From an uncultured Thermoanaerobaculia bacterium (GTDB taxonomy: Bacteria > Acidobacteriota > Thermoanaerobaculia > Thermoanaerobaculales > Sulfomarinibacteraceae), in contig CAZXMW010000005.1 of NCBI GenBank assembly GCA_964641415.1, positions 14,760 through 78,759 on the forward strand: 64,000 bases of DNA, written 5' to 3'. Under the pieces are notes generated by a model. That model worked only from the letters and a program-made list of their open reading frames with translations, made no database searches and was not told the DNA's origin. Below are positions 1-9,200 of the stretch, piece by piece; positions within the stretch are counted from its first letter, which is position 1; each line of letters starts with the position of its first letter. Position numbers and translations under genes: made by a program.

Positions 1-33
1 AACGCAGAGGCGCAGAGGCGCAGAGGCGCAGAG
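1..33. repeat. Left arm of a perfect 33-nt inverted repeat made of tandem octamer cgcagagg (about 4 units). It may be truncated by the window edge.
   Basis: Sequence 1-33, aacgcagaggcgcagaggcgcagaggcgcagag, is the exact reverse complement of 557-589. Confidence 0.9.
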
Positions 34-125
34 CCATCGCACCATCGCAAGTCGAAGCCATCGCAGCCGTCGCACCGTCGCAGTTCATCGCAGTGGTGCG
101 GAGGAGCGGAGTCATCGCAGTTCGT
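34..125. repeat. Array of about 7 degenerate catcgca/cgtcgca motifs
   Basis: ccatcgca, ccatcgca, ccatcgca, ccgtcgca, ccgtcgca, tcatcgca and tcatcgca can be read directly. The complementary motif tgcgatg recurs at 590-610 and at 16355-16362. Confidence 0.8.
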
Positions 126-146
126 TGGTGAGGGTAAGGTGTTGAG

Positions 147-551
147 ATGAGAGGCGACGAGGAGCTGAATCTGCCCGAGAATCGGGTGAGTAGGGTGGTT
201 CTTGATGCGGCGATCGAGGTCCATCGGGAGCTCGGCGGTCCAGGGCTCCTGGAGAGCGTCTACGAGGAGGCTCTCGCGTTCGAGCTTGCCGAACGAGGGC
301 TCGTTGTCAAACGCCAGCTCGCGGTTCCGATCATGTATAAAGGGCATCGCATCAGCTCCGATCTTCGTCTCGACCTGCTGGTGGAGAACCTCGTGGTGGT
401 CGAGTGCAAGTCAGTCTCGGAGTACAACCCGATCTTCGATGCGCAAGCTCTGACCTACCTTCGGATGCTCGGGCTTCGCCTGGCTCTCGTGATCAACTTC
501 GGTGCGAGGCGCGTGGTGGATGGAATCCACCGCGTGGTGAACGATCTGTGA
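147..551 (+). CDS. GxxExxY family protein (PD-(D/E)XK nuclease superfamily)
   Basis: The 134-aa ORF carries the signature GPGLLESVYEEAL (GxxExxY) and a downstream D...E.K-type core (DLLVENLVVVECKS). The size is typical of the family. Confidence 0.85.
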   Translation: MRGDEELNLPENRVSRVVLDAAIEVHRELGGPGLLESVYEEALAFELAERGLVVKRQLAVPIMYKGHRISSDLRLDLLVENLVVVECKSVSEYNPIFDAQALTYLRMLGLRLALVINFGARRVVDGIHRVVNDL

Positions 552-556
552 TCCTC

Positions 557-589
557 CTCTGCGCCTCTGCGCCTCTGCGCCTCTGCGTT
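557..589. repeat. Right arm of the perfect 33-nt inverted repeat
   Basis: ctctgcgcctctgcgcctctgcgcctctgcgtt is the reverse complement of 1-33. It starts 5 nt after the GxxExxY stop codon. Confidence 0.9.
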
Positions 590-610
590 AACTGCGATGA
601 TTGCGATGGG
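590..610. repeat. Two tgcgatg motifs (complement of the catcgca array)
   Basis: The sequence aactgcgatgattgcgatggg lies immediately before the next start codon. Confidence 0.7.
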
Positions 611-1180
611 ATGGCGGGGGTGGTGCTGGCGGGAGGGGAGGGCCGGCGCTTCGGCGGCCCCAAGGCGTGGGCGACGCTGCCCGACGGCCGCACCTTTCTC
701 GAGGCCTGCGCCGCCGCCCTGGCCGGCGCCTGGCCGCTTCTCGCGACCCTGCCGCCGGGCTCGGACGATCACGACATCGCCGACCTCGAGGTCCTGGCCC
801 TGCCGCGGCCCGGCCTCGACATGTTCGCCTCCCTGCGCCTGGGTCTCGAGCGCCTGCTCGACGACCGCGGCTGGCGCCGCGCCGCCGTCCTGCCCGTCGA
901 TCACCCCCTGGTCCGGCCGGCGACCGTCGCCGCCCTTGCCGCCGCCGAGGGACGGGCGGTGATCCCGAGCTTCGGCGGCAAGCACGGCCACCCGGTGGTG
1001 CTCGACCGCGAGGTCGCCCTCGGGATCGTGAGCGGCGAGCTTCCAGGACCGACCCTGCGCGAGGTTCTCGCTGCCGTCGGCGCCGCGACGCTGCCCGTCG
1101 ACGACCCCGGCGTCGCCGCCAACTGCAACACCCCTGCCGCCCTCGCCGCCGCCTGGGCCGCGTGTCTTGCCACCCGCTGA
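611..1180 (+). CDS. MobA/MocA-like nucleotidyltransferase (molybdenum cofactor nucleotidyltransferase family)
   Basis: The N-terminus is MAGVVLAGGEGRRFGGPKAW (the LAGGxGxRxG NTP-transferase motif) and VLPVDHPLV occurs later. ATG 611 is in frame with the longer ORF 404..1180, whose upstream part overlaps the GxxExxY gene. Confidence 0.7.
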   Translation: MAGVVLAGGEGRRFGGPKAWATLPDGRTFLEACAAALAGAWPLLATLPPGSDDHDIADLEVLALPRPGLDMFASLRLGLERLLDDRGWRRAAVLPVDHPLVRPATVAALAAAEGRAVIPSFGGKHGHPVVLDREVALGIVSGELPGPTLREVLAAVGAATLPVDDPGVAANCNTPAALAAAWAACLATR

Positions 1181-1204
1181 GGCCGGTGCTAGAGTACGCT
1201 CCGC

Positions 1205-1279
1205 GCCAACGTAGCTCAGAGGTAGAGCAAGTGATTCGTAATCACTAGGTCGTCGGTTCAAATCCGACCGTTGGCTCCA
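1205..1279 (+). tRNA. tRNA-Thr (anticodon CGU), CCA encoded
   Basis: The acceptor stem is gccaacg/cgttggc and the D arm is gctc..gagc. The anticodon stem agtga/tcact has loop ttCGTaa. The T arm is gtcgg-ttcaaat-ccgac, followed by discriminator t and cca. Confidence 0.9.
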
Positions 1280-1293
1280 CAAACAACGGACTT

Positions 1294-1323
1294 ACGCGCC
1301 GGGAAACCGGCGCGTTTCTTCTT
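1294..1323 (+). terminator. Rho-independent terminator after tRNA-Thr
   Basis: A 9-bp GC stem acgcgccgg / ccggcgcgt with loop gaaa is followed by ttcttctt. Confidence 0.7.
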
Positions 1324-1731
1324 GGGCACAGCCGGGACACATGCCAGGCCGCGAGGATCCAACCGAAGGAGGATGTCGTGGGAATCGACCGGGATGCGTC
1401 GATCGTCGGTGGTGTGGAGCAGGATTCGGTCCGGGATCGGTGCCATGGGCTGAGTGCACTCCGGTCGATCCAGCGGCTGAGCGGTCGATATCGCCGTTGA
1501 GCGGTCGTTCTGGCGGGGGAGTGGTTCTCGCGTTTTACCTTTTTGCGTCAGCGCCGGCTGCGACGATCGGGCATTCGAATCTCGGTTCTCGCGGTTTCGG
1601 GATTGTCAGAATCTTGGCAGAGGACAGACGCCGCGAGCGAGAGAACCTTTGTAGAGCCGACCGCGGCAAAGGTGCGGATTCCGGTCGACTGCGATATGAT
1701 CTCAGGCCCACATCAACTCAGGAGCAGAACG

Positions 1732-2304
1732 ATGAACATCACGGACATTCTCAACCAGGTCGGCGGTGTGCAGTCGATGGCACGCGAGCTCGGCATCTCG
1801 GAGAACCAGGCGCAGAGTGGCGCGGCGGCGCTGCTGCCCGCGATTCTCGGCGGCTTCAAGAAGCAGGCGCAGACGCAGCCGGCGGGTCTCGAGGGGCTCG
1901 GCGGCCTGCTCGGCCAGCTCGGAGGTGGCGGCCTGCTCGACTCGGTTCTGGCGCCGGAGCCCACCGACGTCGGCCGCGGCAACAACGTGCTCGGCCAGAT
2001 CTTCGGCTCGAAGGACGTCAGCCGGACCGTGGCCGGCAATGCGGCTGCGAGCACCGGGCTCGATGCCGGCGTGCTCAAGCAGATGCTGCCCATGCTCGCG
2101 ATGGCCGTGGCCGGATTCATGGCCAAGGGAGGCGCCTCCTCGGCCTCGCCGCAGTCGAAAGGCGGTGGCCTCGGAGGCATGCTCGGCGGGCTGCTCGGCG
2201 GCAGCGGCGGATCCTCGAGCGGCGTCTCCGGGCTCGCCTCCATGCTCGATCTCGACGGCGACGGCAACCCGCTCGACGATATTCTGAAGATGGTCGGCAG
2301 ATGA
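1732..2304 (+). CDS. DUF937 domain protein
   Basis: The product reads MNITDILNQVGGVQSMARELGISENQAQSGAAALLPAILGGFKK and has a Gly-rich C-terminus. An aggag RBS lies 7 nt upstream of ATG 1732. Confidence 0.7.
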   Translation: MNITDILNQVGGVQSMARELGISENQAQSGAAALLPAILGGFKKQAQTQPAGLEGLGGLLGQLGGGGLLDSVLAPEPTDVGRGNNVLGQIFGSKDVSRTVAGNAAASTGLDAGVLKQMLPMLAMAVAGFMAKGGASSASPQSKGGGLGGMLGGLLGGSGGSSSGVSGLASMLDLDGDGNPLDDILKMVGR

Positions 2305-2533
2305 CGCGACTCTCGAGCGGTTCGACGGGCGGCACGAGCCGTCTCAGACGATTTCGGCAACGAGCGCGCTGCGGACGCCGACGCCCTGCGGACCCGAACA
2401 TCGTTTGAGGGGGCAATCGACGAGCCTGGTCGCGGTGGATTGTGGGCGCGAACCGGCGCCGCCGTGGCGAGGCGGAACCGGAAACTCACTGCCGCCGCAT
2501 GGGAGAGGGAGAGGGCTCATCGGGCAAGGGGAC

Positions 2534-2617
2534 CGCCACGGCCACGGATGCGGATACGGCCACGGCCACGGCCACGGACACGGCCACGGCTACGGATACG
2601 GTCAAGGCCACGGCCAT
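2534..2617. repeat. Hexamer microsatellite array 1 (acggNN units: acggcc/acggat/acggac)
   Basis: About 14 tandem 6-nt units can be read directly in non-coding sequence. Confidence 0.85.
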
Positions 2618-2696
2618 GCGCTGCTCGGGCGCCGGCGGCCTTCCTGCTCGCCGGAGCGCACCCCGGAGATCGAGGACTGGGCTCGGTGAGTGCCCC

Positions 2697-2753
2697 CTTG
2701 AACATTGTGAGGAGCGCGATGTGAGCCGGGAGACGCTCGGCACAATGGTCAAG
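2697..2753. other. Imperfect hairpin in the unique core between the two hexamer arrays
   Basis: cttgaacattgtg (2697-2709) is complementary at 12 of 13 positions to cacaatggtcaag (2741-2753). There is an inner 5-bp pair gagcg/cgctc. Confidence 0.6.
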
Positions 2754-2840
2754 ACGGCACATCCGTCCCAAGGCGCCCGTTCCGGCCCTGGAGGGCGGCG
2801 GTCGCTTCGGCGCGCCCGTGGGGGGATCGAGGCGTATCGT

Positions 2841-3000
2841 GCGGATACGGCCACGGACACGGAGACGGATACGGAGACGGATACGGAGACGGATACGGAT
2901 ACGGCCACGGCCACGGATGCGGATACGGATACGGATACGGATACGGATACGGAGACGGATACGGATACGGATACGGACCCGGCCACGGCCACGGACCCGG
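2841..3000. repeat. Hexamer microsatellite array 2 (acggat/acggag/acggcc/acggac, about 26 units), same orientation as array 1
   Basis: The array can be read directly and it abuts the stop codon (3002-3004) of the minus-strand lipoprotein gene. Confidence 0.9.
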
Positions 3001-3001
3001 G

Positions 3002-4441
3002 CTACGAGAACGGCCGTCGGTTCAGAAAGACCCAATCGCCGTCGGCGATGTCGAGAATCTCGGTCTCGCTGTGGACAACGCTGCCGCTCGGGCCGAGGTA
3101 GTCGACGCGGAGCTCGTGTCGTCCCACCGGCAGGCGAAGCCGGGCCACCGACAGCCGGGCGGGCAGAGTCAGCCAGCAGCGGGTATCGGCGCGCTCGGTG
3201 AGGACGCCGAAGAGGTTGACCAGGACTCCGGCAGTGGCGTCCTCGTTGGCGGCCGCTTCGGTCGCGGCGTACTTGACCAGGCCGCGCAGAAAGGCCTTGA
3301 ACAGGATCTGGCCCATCTCGGCCTCGAGGGTCGCCTCGGCGCGCCGCGACAGGTCGTCCGCCGGCAGCGACTCGACGCCGGCGCCGCCGGCGGACAGCCG
3401 AACCGAGGCCACCGGGCCCGGGTCGGCCCTGCCCATGGTCGGGACCGCGACCGTCAGCCAGTACTCGATGTCGACATCGTAGGACCTGGTCCAGCCGGGA
3501 CCGGCGCGGTTGACCAGACCCCAGGCCCAGTCCTCGTTGGACGAGTAGCGGCGATCGATGTCGAGGATCGGGACGTTGAGCTTGACCTGGTCGCGGGGAG
3601 CGATCCAGCCCGACTCGAGGACGAAGACGACCTCGCCTCCGGGCTGCCGAGGTCCGGCCGCCGATGCCGGGAACAGAGCCGTGGCCGTGGCCGTGGCCCG
3701 CAGCTCCTCGACCTCGTCGCGGAAACCGAAGGTCAGCCCGACCCGCTCGAGATCACGGCCGAGATCGACAGGGGGCGCGATCCCGATGAGGTCGCGATGG
3801 GCGAGATAGGCGCGGGCTGCGTTGCGGTAGGCGACGAAGGCGTCGTTCGCCGCGCCTTCGGACTCGAAGATCATGCCGGAGAACCAGTGCAGAAAACCGC
3901 TGTCCTGCAGCTTGCGAGCGATCCTTCGATCGTCCGGCCGCTCGATCCCGCGGATCGTTGCCTCGACCGCGTCGGCAAGGGCGAGCGTCGCCTTGCGAGC
4001 CTCGACCTGGGCGGCGTCCGCGTCGCCGAGCGACAGATAGTTGAAGGCGCGGTAGAAGGGCGCCATGGCGAGCTCGAAGGGCTTGCCGCGGTAGTCGATG
4101 GTGAGGTCGTTGACGATCAGCGACGCGGCAGCCTGGGAGATGCTCCGGGTGTAGAGCTCGGCGGCCAGATCCTCGGCCGCCTGGAAGGCGGCGTTGGACT
4201 CGTCGAAGCGCCCCGCGTAGTGGAGAACGTGGCCGCGCTGGAGCAGCTCGAGCAGCCGGTCGCGGCCGCCCTGACGGGAGTCGATCCGGTCGAGGGCGTT
4301 CTGGTAGTCCCGGGCCTCGAGCATGGTGCGCAGCTCGAGGTTGGAGGCGACATAGCTCGCGCAGCCGGTCGTCAGCGAGACCGCCACGGCCAGGACGGGC
4401 GCGGCGGCCGCCATGGCGCGGCTCCTGACCCTTGGGTTCAT
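3002..4441 (-). CDS. Lipoprotein of unknown function, co-transcribed with lpoB
   Basis: A signal peptide ends in the lipobox LTTGC. The gene starts 8 nt downstream of the lpoB-like gene on the same strand. Confidence 0.7.
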   Translation of the reverse strand: MNPRVRSRAMAAAAPVLAVAVSLTTGCASYVASNLELRTMLEARDYQNALDRIDSRQGGRDRLLELLQRGHVLHYAGRFDESNAAFQAAEDLAAELYTRSISQAAASLIVNDLTIDYRGKPFELAMAPFYRAFNYLSLGDADAAQVEARKATLALADAVEATIRGIERPDDRRIARKLQDSGFLHWFSGMIFESEGAANDAFVAYRNAARAYLAHRDLIGIAPPVDLGRDLERVGLTFGFRDEVEELRATATATALFPASAAGPRQPGGEVVFVLESGWIAPRDQVKLNVPILDIDRRYSSNEDWAWGLVNRAGPGWTRSYDVDIEYWLTVAVPTMGRADPGPVASVRLSAGGAGVESLPADDLSRRAEATLEAEMGQILFKAFLRGLVKYAATEAAANEDATAGVLVNLFGVLTERADTRCWLTLPARLSVARLRLPVGRHELRVDYLGPSGSVVHSETEILDIADGDWVFLNRRPFS

Positions 4442-4448
4442 GGACGCC

Positions 4449-5051
4449 CTACGGCTTGTACTTGCTGCGGCCGACGAATTTCTTGATCTTGGTGAACCCG
4501 GCCCAGACCTTGACGTTGGTTTCGAGGTCGACCAGGTACGAGTCGACCTGGTAGTACTTGACCTCCTTGCCCTTCTCCGAGTCGAACTGGGAGTTGATCT
4601 CGCCGATCAGCATGTAATCGGCGCCGAGCTCGCGGCCCCACGCCTTCATGCTCTCCTCGGAGGCGAAGCGCTGCTGGTCCTCGCGCTCGGCTCGAAGCTC
4701 GTCGCGCTCCTCGGCGGACGCCACCACGGTGACCCGCCCGGAGTTGATGAACGAGCGCTCGAGGTCGGCGACCAGGGTCTTGACGGCAATGTGCTCCGGG
4801 GTCTTGTTGCGCAGCGTCCCGATGATCACGGCCGGTTTGTCGCCGTGCTTCATCATGTACTCGTCGACCCACGGCGTCGCGGTCGACTGGTCGACCAGAT
4901 CCCCGGCCGCGGTCTGGCTGTCGGTGTCGTTCCACCGTCCGGAGAGATCGATGGTCTCGTCGGTGGGCACTCGAGTGACGGTTGTAGAGCAGCCGGCCAG
5001 CGCCAGCACCAGAATGGTGGCGGCGATCGGTTTGGCAATTCGAGCGGGCAT
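4449..5051 (-). CDS. lpoB: Penicillin-binding protein activator LpoB-like lipoprotein (COG3417 family)
   Basis: It has a lipobox LAGC. Family-typical blocks are present: KPAVIIGTLRNKT, GRELGADYMLIGEI and YYQVDSYLVDLETNVKVW. Confidence 0.7.
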   Translation of the reverse strand: MPARIAKPIAATILVLALAGCSTTVTRVPTDETIDLSGRWNDTDSQTAAGDLVDQSTATPWVDEYMMKHGDKPAVIIGTLRNKTPEHIAVKTLVADLERSFINSGRVTVVASAEERDELRAEREDQQRFASEESMKAWGRELGADYMLIGEINSQFDSEKGKEVKYYQVDSYLVDLETNVKVWAGFTKIKKFVGRSKYKP

Positions 5052-5191
5052 GTGACCTCCCTGTGGATCCCTGCGTCGTTTCGGTCCGTGGTTCGTGGAG
5101 TATAGCCAATCCGCATCCGGCGGTTGCGGTTCAGGGTCTCGGGTGAAGTTGTATTGATCAAATTGTTCGGTTATCGTGCTGTTACTGAATC

Positions 5192-5422
5192 ATGAATATC
5201 GGCGTCCTGATCATCATCGTCGTGACCGTCGCTCTTGTTCTGCTGGTCGTGCTGCCCCGGTTCCGCGGTTTCGCAAGCAGCGAGAAGACCACGGTCGAGC
5301 GCCGCTCGGGTCGTGACCGGCGGCACCGGAACATCACCGTCGCGAACGACCGTCGCAAGCGACCGCGACGTGCCGAGGACGCCGCCAGGGCCTTCGTCCA
5401 GAAGATGTCCGACCCGAGTTAG
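5192..5422 (+). CDS. Hypothetical small membrane protein with a basic tail
   Basis: One N-terminal TM helix (IGVLIIIVVTVALVLLVVL) is followed by an Arg-rich segment. An AT-rich putative promoter lies upstream. There is no clear RBS. Confidence 0.35.
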   Translation: MNIGVLIIIVVTVALVLLVVLPRFRGFASSEKTTVERRSGRDRRHRNITVANDRRKRPRRAEDAARAFVQKMSDPS

Positions 5423-5642
5423 TTCCCATTCGGAAACCCCGATGGGGACTGCGCAGTTCTCGATTCGGGAACGAGTTGAGCGATTCTGCAGGTCGGGGGT
5501 TGGACAGCCGGTGTTCGAAGCCTCGAACCGGACCTTCATGCCGGTCGCGCTCGATGTCGAGATCGCTCGTGACGACCGGGGTCGACGCGACCCTCGCCGT
5601 TCGGTCGCGGCCGTCAGGACGGGCGTCACGTACACTCGTGCC

Positions 5643-6257
5643 ATGGCAGATGCCGATCGCACGATCACCATCGATGGCGTGACCCTCGCGCTGCAGGTGA
5701 CCCGAAAGCAGGTCAAGAACATCAACGCCCGGTTGGTCGGAGGAGAGCTTCGGATCAGCGCGCCGCCCGCGGTGCGGGATACCGAGCTCGAGCCGATCGT
5801 CCGCGAGCTCGGACGGCGGTTGCTCCGGCGCGAACGCGCGCACAACGTCAACGACGCGCACGACGCGCTGGCATTGGCGCAGCGCGTGGCGCTCCGGTTC
5901 GCCGATCCGCCGCGAATCGAGGCGGCGCGTTTCTCCACCAACCAGCGGGCGCGGTGGGGGAGCTACAGCGTCCGAACCCGGACCGTGCACCTCAATGCAG
6001 CTCTGCGCACCATGCCGCCATGGGTGCTCGAGGCGGTCGTCGCGCACGAGCTCGCGCACTCGTTTCACCCCGATCACTCGCCGGCGTTCTGGGCCCTGCT
6101 GCGCGGGATCTGCCCCGAGACCGACCGGGCACGCGCTTTCCTGGAGGGCGTCAGCTGGCTCGCCGGAAGCTGGAATCGGCTGCCGCCGCCGGAGCGCACC
6201 CAGCTCGGAGCATGGACCGAAGGTGGAGCAGACACGGCCGTGAACCCTGCGGGTTAG
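5643..6257 (+). CDS. YgjP-like (DUF45/M48 family) zinc metallopeptidase
   Basis: It contains the HEXXH motif HELAH followed by HSPAFW. The family-typical N-terminus reads ...VTRKQVKNINARL.... Confidence 0.7.
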   Translation: MADADRTITIDGVTLALQVTRKQVKNINARLVGGELRISAPPAVRDTELEPIVRELGRRLLRRERAHNVNDAHDALALAQRVALRFADPPRIEAARFSTNQRARWGSYSVRTRTVHLNAALRTMPPWVLEAVVAHELAHSFHPDHSPAFWALLRGICPETDRARAFLEGVSWLAGSWNRLPPPERTQLGAWTEGGADTAVNPAG

Positions 6258-6266
6258 AGTGGTCGG

Positions 6267-9200
6267 GTGGCAACGAACGTCCGTTTTCCAAGTGTCGCGA
6301 ACCGGCTCGTCTCGGTCCTCGTCGTGCTGTCGGTTGCAGGAGGGTCCGGCGCCGTGCGGGCGGCGCAGCCGGTGTTGGCCGAGTGCGACAGGATCGGTAC
6401 GACTGCCGCGGTGATCCAGCTGGTGCACGATTACGGCGACCTCTGTCTCGTGCGTGTCGTCGGCGAGCCGCCGATCGCGACCGCCCATCGCGTCCACCCG
6501 GTGGCGCCGGTCGGCGCCGTGGGCTTTCGTCACTGGAGCGGCACGACCGTCGACGCCGGCCTGCTGCCGGACGGCGCGCCGATCGTCCTTGGGCTCATCG
6601 GTCCGTTGGATCGAAGGTGGCGGGCCGAGCTGGAGGCGGCCGGGATCGAGATCCTGGCTCCGGCGCACCCGCACGCGCTGGTGATCCGCGGCGACCCCGC
6701 GGCCGCGGCGCGGGTCCTCGGGCTTGAAACCTCGGAGGGCCTGCCGGTCGTCGTGGGTGCCGCCGTGCTGCCCGCCGAAGCCCGGGTCCACCGGTCTCTG
6801 CTGCCGTTGGCGACCGGCTGGGATGCGGCCGACCGCCCCCGGTTGCGGGCGATCGGTTGGGACGGGAGACCGATTCCGGTCGAGACCAAAGACGCGGCGC
6901 CCGGTGGTCTCGCGCGGCTGCTCGACGAGCGCCCCGACATCGGCTACGTCGAGCCGGTGCTCGGTATCGAGCCCCACAACAACCTCGCAGGACGGTCCGA
7001 ACTGCTCGGCGCCGAGGAGCCGTGGAGCCTCGGCTTCGTGGGCGACGGGGTCACGGTGCTGCACAACGACTCGGGGGTGGATCTCGAGCATCCGGGGCTC
7101 GCGGGCGCGATCGTTGCCGCGGCCGGTCGCATGGAGTACTTCGACACGGCGCACGGGACCCACACCGCGGGGTCGATTGTCGGCCGGCCCGCGACGCCCG
7201 CGCCGGTCAACGCCTCGGGATGCGGCGACCTCGTGCCGGGTCTGGAGACGGCGTCCGGCATGGCGCCCGGCGCGGCCTTGGTCACCAATAACATCTTCAA
7301 CGGGGGCTTCGGGGAGATCCCCGAGATGATGGCCTGGGGCGCGGGTCGCGGGGCGCAGCTGAGCAACAACTCGTGGGGGCTGCTCGGGCAGACCGGTCCC
7401 GAGGTCGGCTACAGCGCCGCCGCGGCCGAGGTCGACGCGGCTGTCCGCGATGCGGATCCGGCGACCAGCGGAGACCAGCCGATGACGGTGTTCTTTTCGG
7501 CCGGCAACACCGGTCCCGATCCCGGTACGGTGACCTCTCCGGGAACGGCCAAGAACGCGATCACCGTCGGCGCGGTGCAGAACGCGCGCTGCGGGGCATG
7601 GGTGCCGGCTCAGCAGCCCGGCCCCGACCCGGAGGTGGTCGTCACGAGCTCGGGTCGCGGCCCGTCCCAACTGCGGATCAAGCCCGACCTGGTCGCCCCC
7701 GGCTCGGACGTGATGTCGCTTCAGTCGCAGGACGGTTATGCGATTCAGCTCTGGGACCTGGGCTGGACCGGGCCGCTGCTCGCCCTGAACACCGGCACCT
7801 CACAGGCGTGCGCTCTGGCCACCGGGGCCGGCGCTCTGCTGCACGAGATTCTCTGGAGACACGGCCGAAGCGGCCTGCGACCCAGCCCGGCCCTGCTCAA
7901 GGCGGCGCTGATCGCCACCGCCGATCGGCCGGGCGACGCCGTCGACTCCGACCGGGGCTGGGGCCGGATCGCGCTGTCGCCGGCGCCCACGACCGCCCTG
8001 CCGATCGTCGCGTTCGACCAGGGGGAGACGGCGCAGCTGGCAACCGGCGACCGATGGTCGACCGAAATCGCGGTGCGGTCCGCGGACCGCATCCTCGAGC
8101 TGGCGATGGTCTGGACCGACCCGCCCGGCGAGGCCGACGCCGACCACCCCCTCGTCAACGACCTCGACCTGTTGGTGACGATGCCGTCGGGCGCGGTGCT
8201 GCGCGGCAACGTCTTCGACGGCGGCTGGTCGCGGCCGGACCCGGGCGCGCTGCGCGACGGCGACAACAACGTCGAGGTGGTCCGGGTCGAGCAGCCCGAG
8301 GTCGGCAGCTGGACGGTCGAGGTGGTGGGGGTGGAGGTGGCGGTGCCGCCGGTCGGCCTCGACGGCCAGGACTTCGCCGTGGCAGCGGTCGGCGACGTCG
8401 GCGCCTGTGTCGACCAGCCGCTGCCGCCGGCGGCGGTTCAGGCGGCGCCGGCTGGCGACAACGCCATCGCGGTGACCTGGTCGCCGGTGTCGGGCGCCAC
8501 GCGGTACGAGGTGGCGCGCGCCATTCGTCCCGGCGGGCGCCCCTACCAGGTGGTCGCGACCATCGGCGGCGGGGTCACGTCGGTCGTGGACGCAGGGCTG
8601 TCGGGAGGCACGACCTACTACTACGTGGTGCGGGCCGAAGGGGAGTGCTGGTCGGCCGACTCGTACGAGGTGTCGGCAGCGGCCACCGGGCCGTGCACGA
8701 CGGTGCCCTTGTTCGCCGGCATCGCCTCGGTGACCGGCGTCCCGAGCGCCTCGTGCTCGCTGGAGCTCGCGTGGTCGCCGGCGACCGCCACCTGTCCCGC
8801 GCCTGTGAGCTACGACGTCTACCACGGTTCGACGCCCGACTTCGAGCCTTCCGAGACCAACCGGATCGTCGAGGGCCTGGACGCCGAGACCTGGCTCGAC
8901 CGTGGCCTCGAGCCCGACCGCGAGGCCTTCTACCTGGTTCGCGCGTCGCACGCCGGAAGCGGCGACGACGACGGCAACACCGTGCGGATCGGGGGCCGTC
9001 CCGTCGGACCGGACGAGGCCTACCTGGATCCGATCACCGCGGAGTTCCTGCACACCTGGAATCGCCTTCCCGGGTCCGCGGTCGACCCCGGATCCGAGCC
9101 GTGGCGCAGAACGGAAGATGACGCCTGGGACGGCCTTCGGTCCTGGTTCGTCGCGGACGAGCCCGGGGTCAAGGACCAGGTGCTGGAGCTGCGCGAGCCG

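Noticed and set aside
404-1180. Upstream extension of the MobA-like ORF (start at 404)
   Set aside because: The first 69 codons overlap the GxxExxY gene and both repeat arms. ATG 611 gives the canonical MAGVVLAGGEGRRFG N-terminus.
2534-3000. Possible CRISPR array (also considered for 1-125 and 16387-16421)
   Set aside because: The units are 6-8 nt and directly abutting, with no spacers of 25-40 nt, and there are no cas genes. They are microsatellite-type tandem repeats, not CRISPR.
1205-3001. Genomic island integrated at tRNA-Thr
   Set aside because: I found no integrase or recombinase, no duplicated tRNA 3' segment downstream, and no phage or plasmid genes. Only the unusual non-coding content remains, and that is reported separately.
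2405-3201. ORFs 2405..2689, 2442..3101, 2486..2992(-), 2517..3035(-) and 2818..3201, which encode TDTETD / RIRIRI / GHGHGY dipeptide repeats
   Set aside because: These ORFs are translations of the hexamer microsatellites in all frames and on both strands. They have no start context and no non-repetitive domain. I treat the region as non-coding repeat DNA.
5477-5491. 11-nt match tgagcgattct followed by ctgcag, resembling the core of the ~160-nt repeat family
   Set aside because: The match is too short, and nothing else around it aligns to the family. It could be a very decayed remnant, but I cannot distinguish it from chance without a statistical search.
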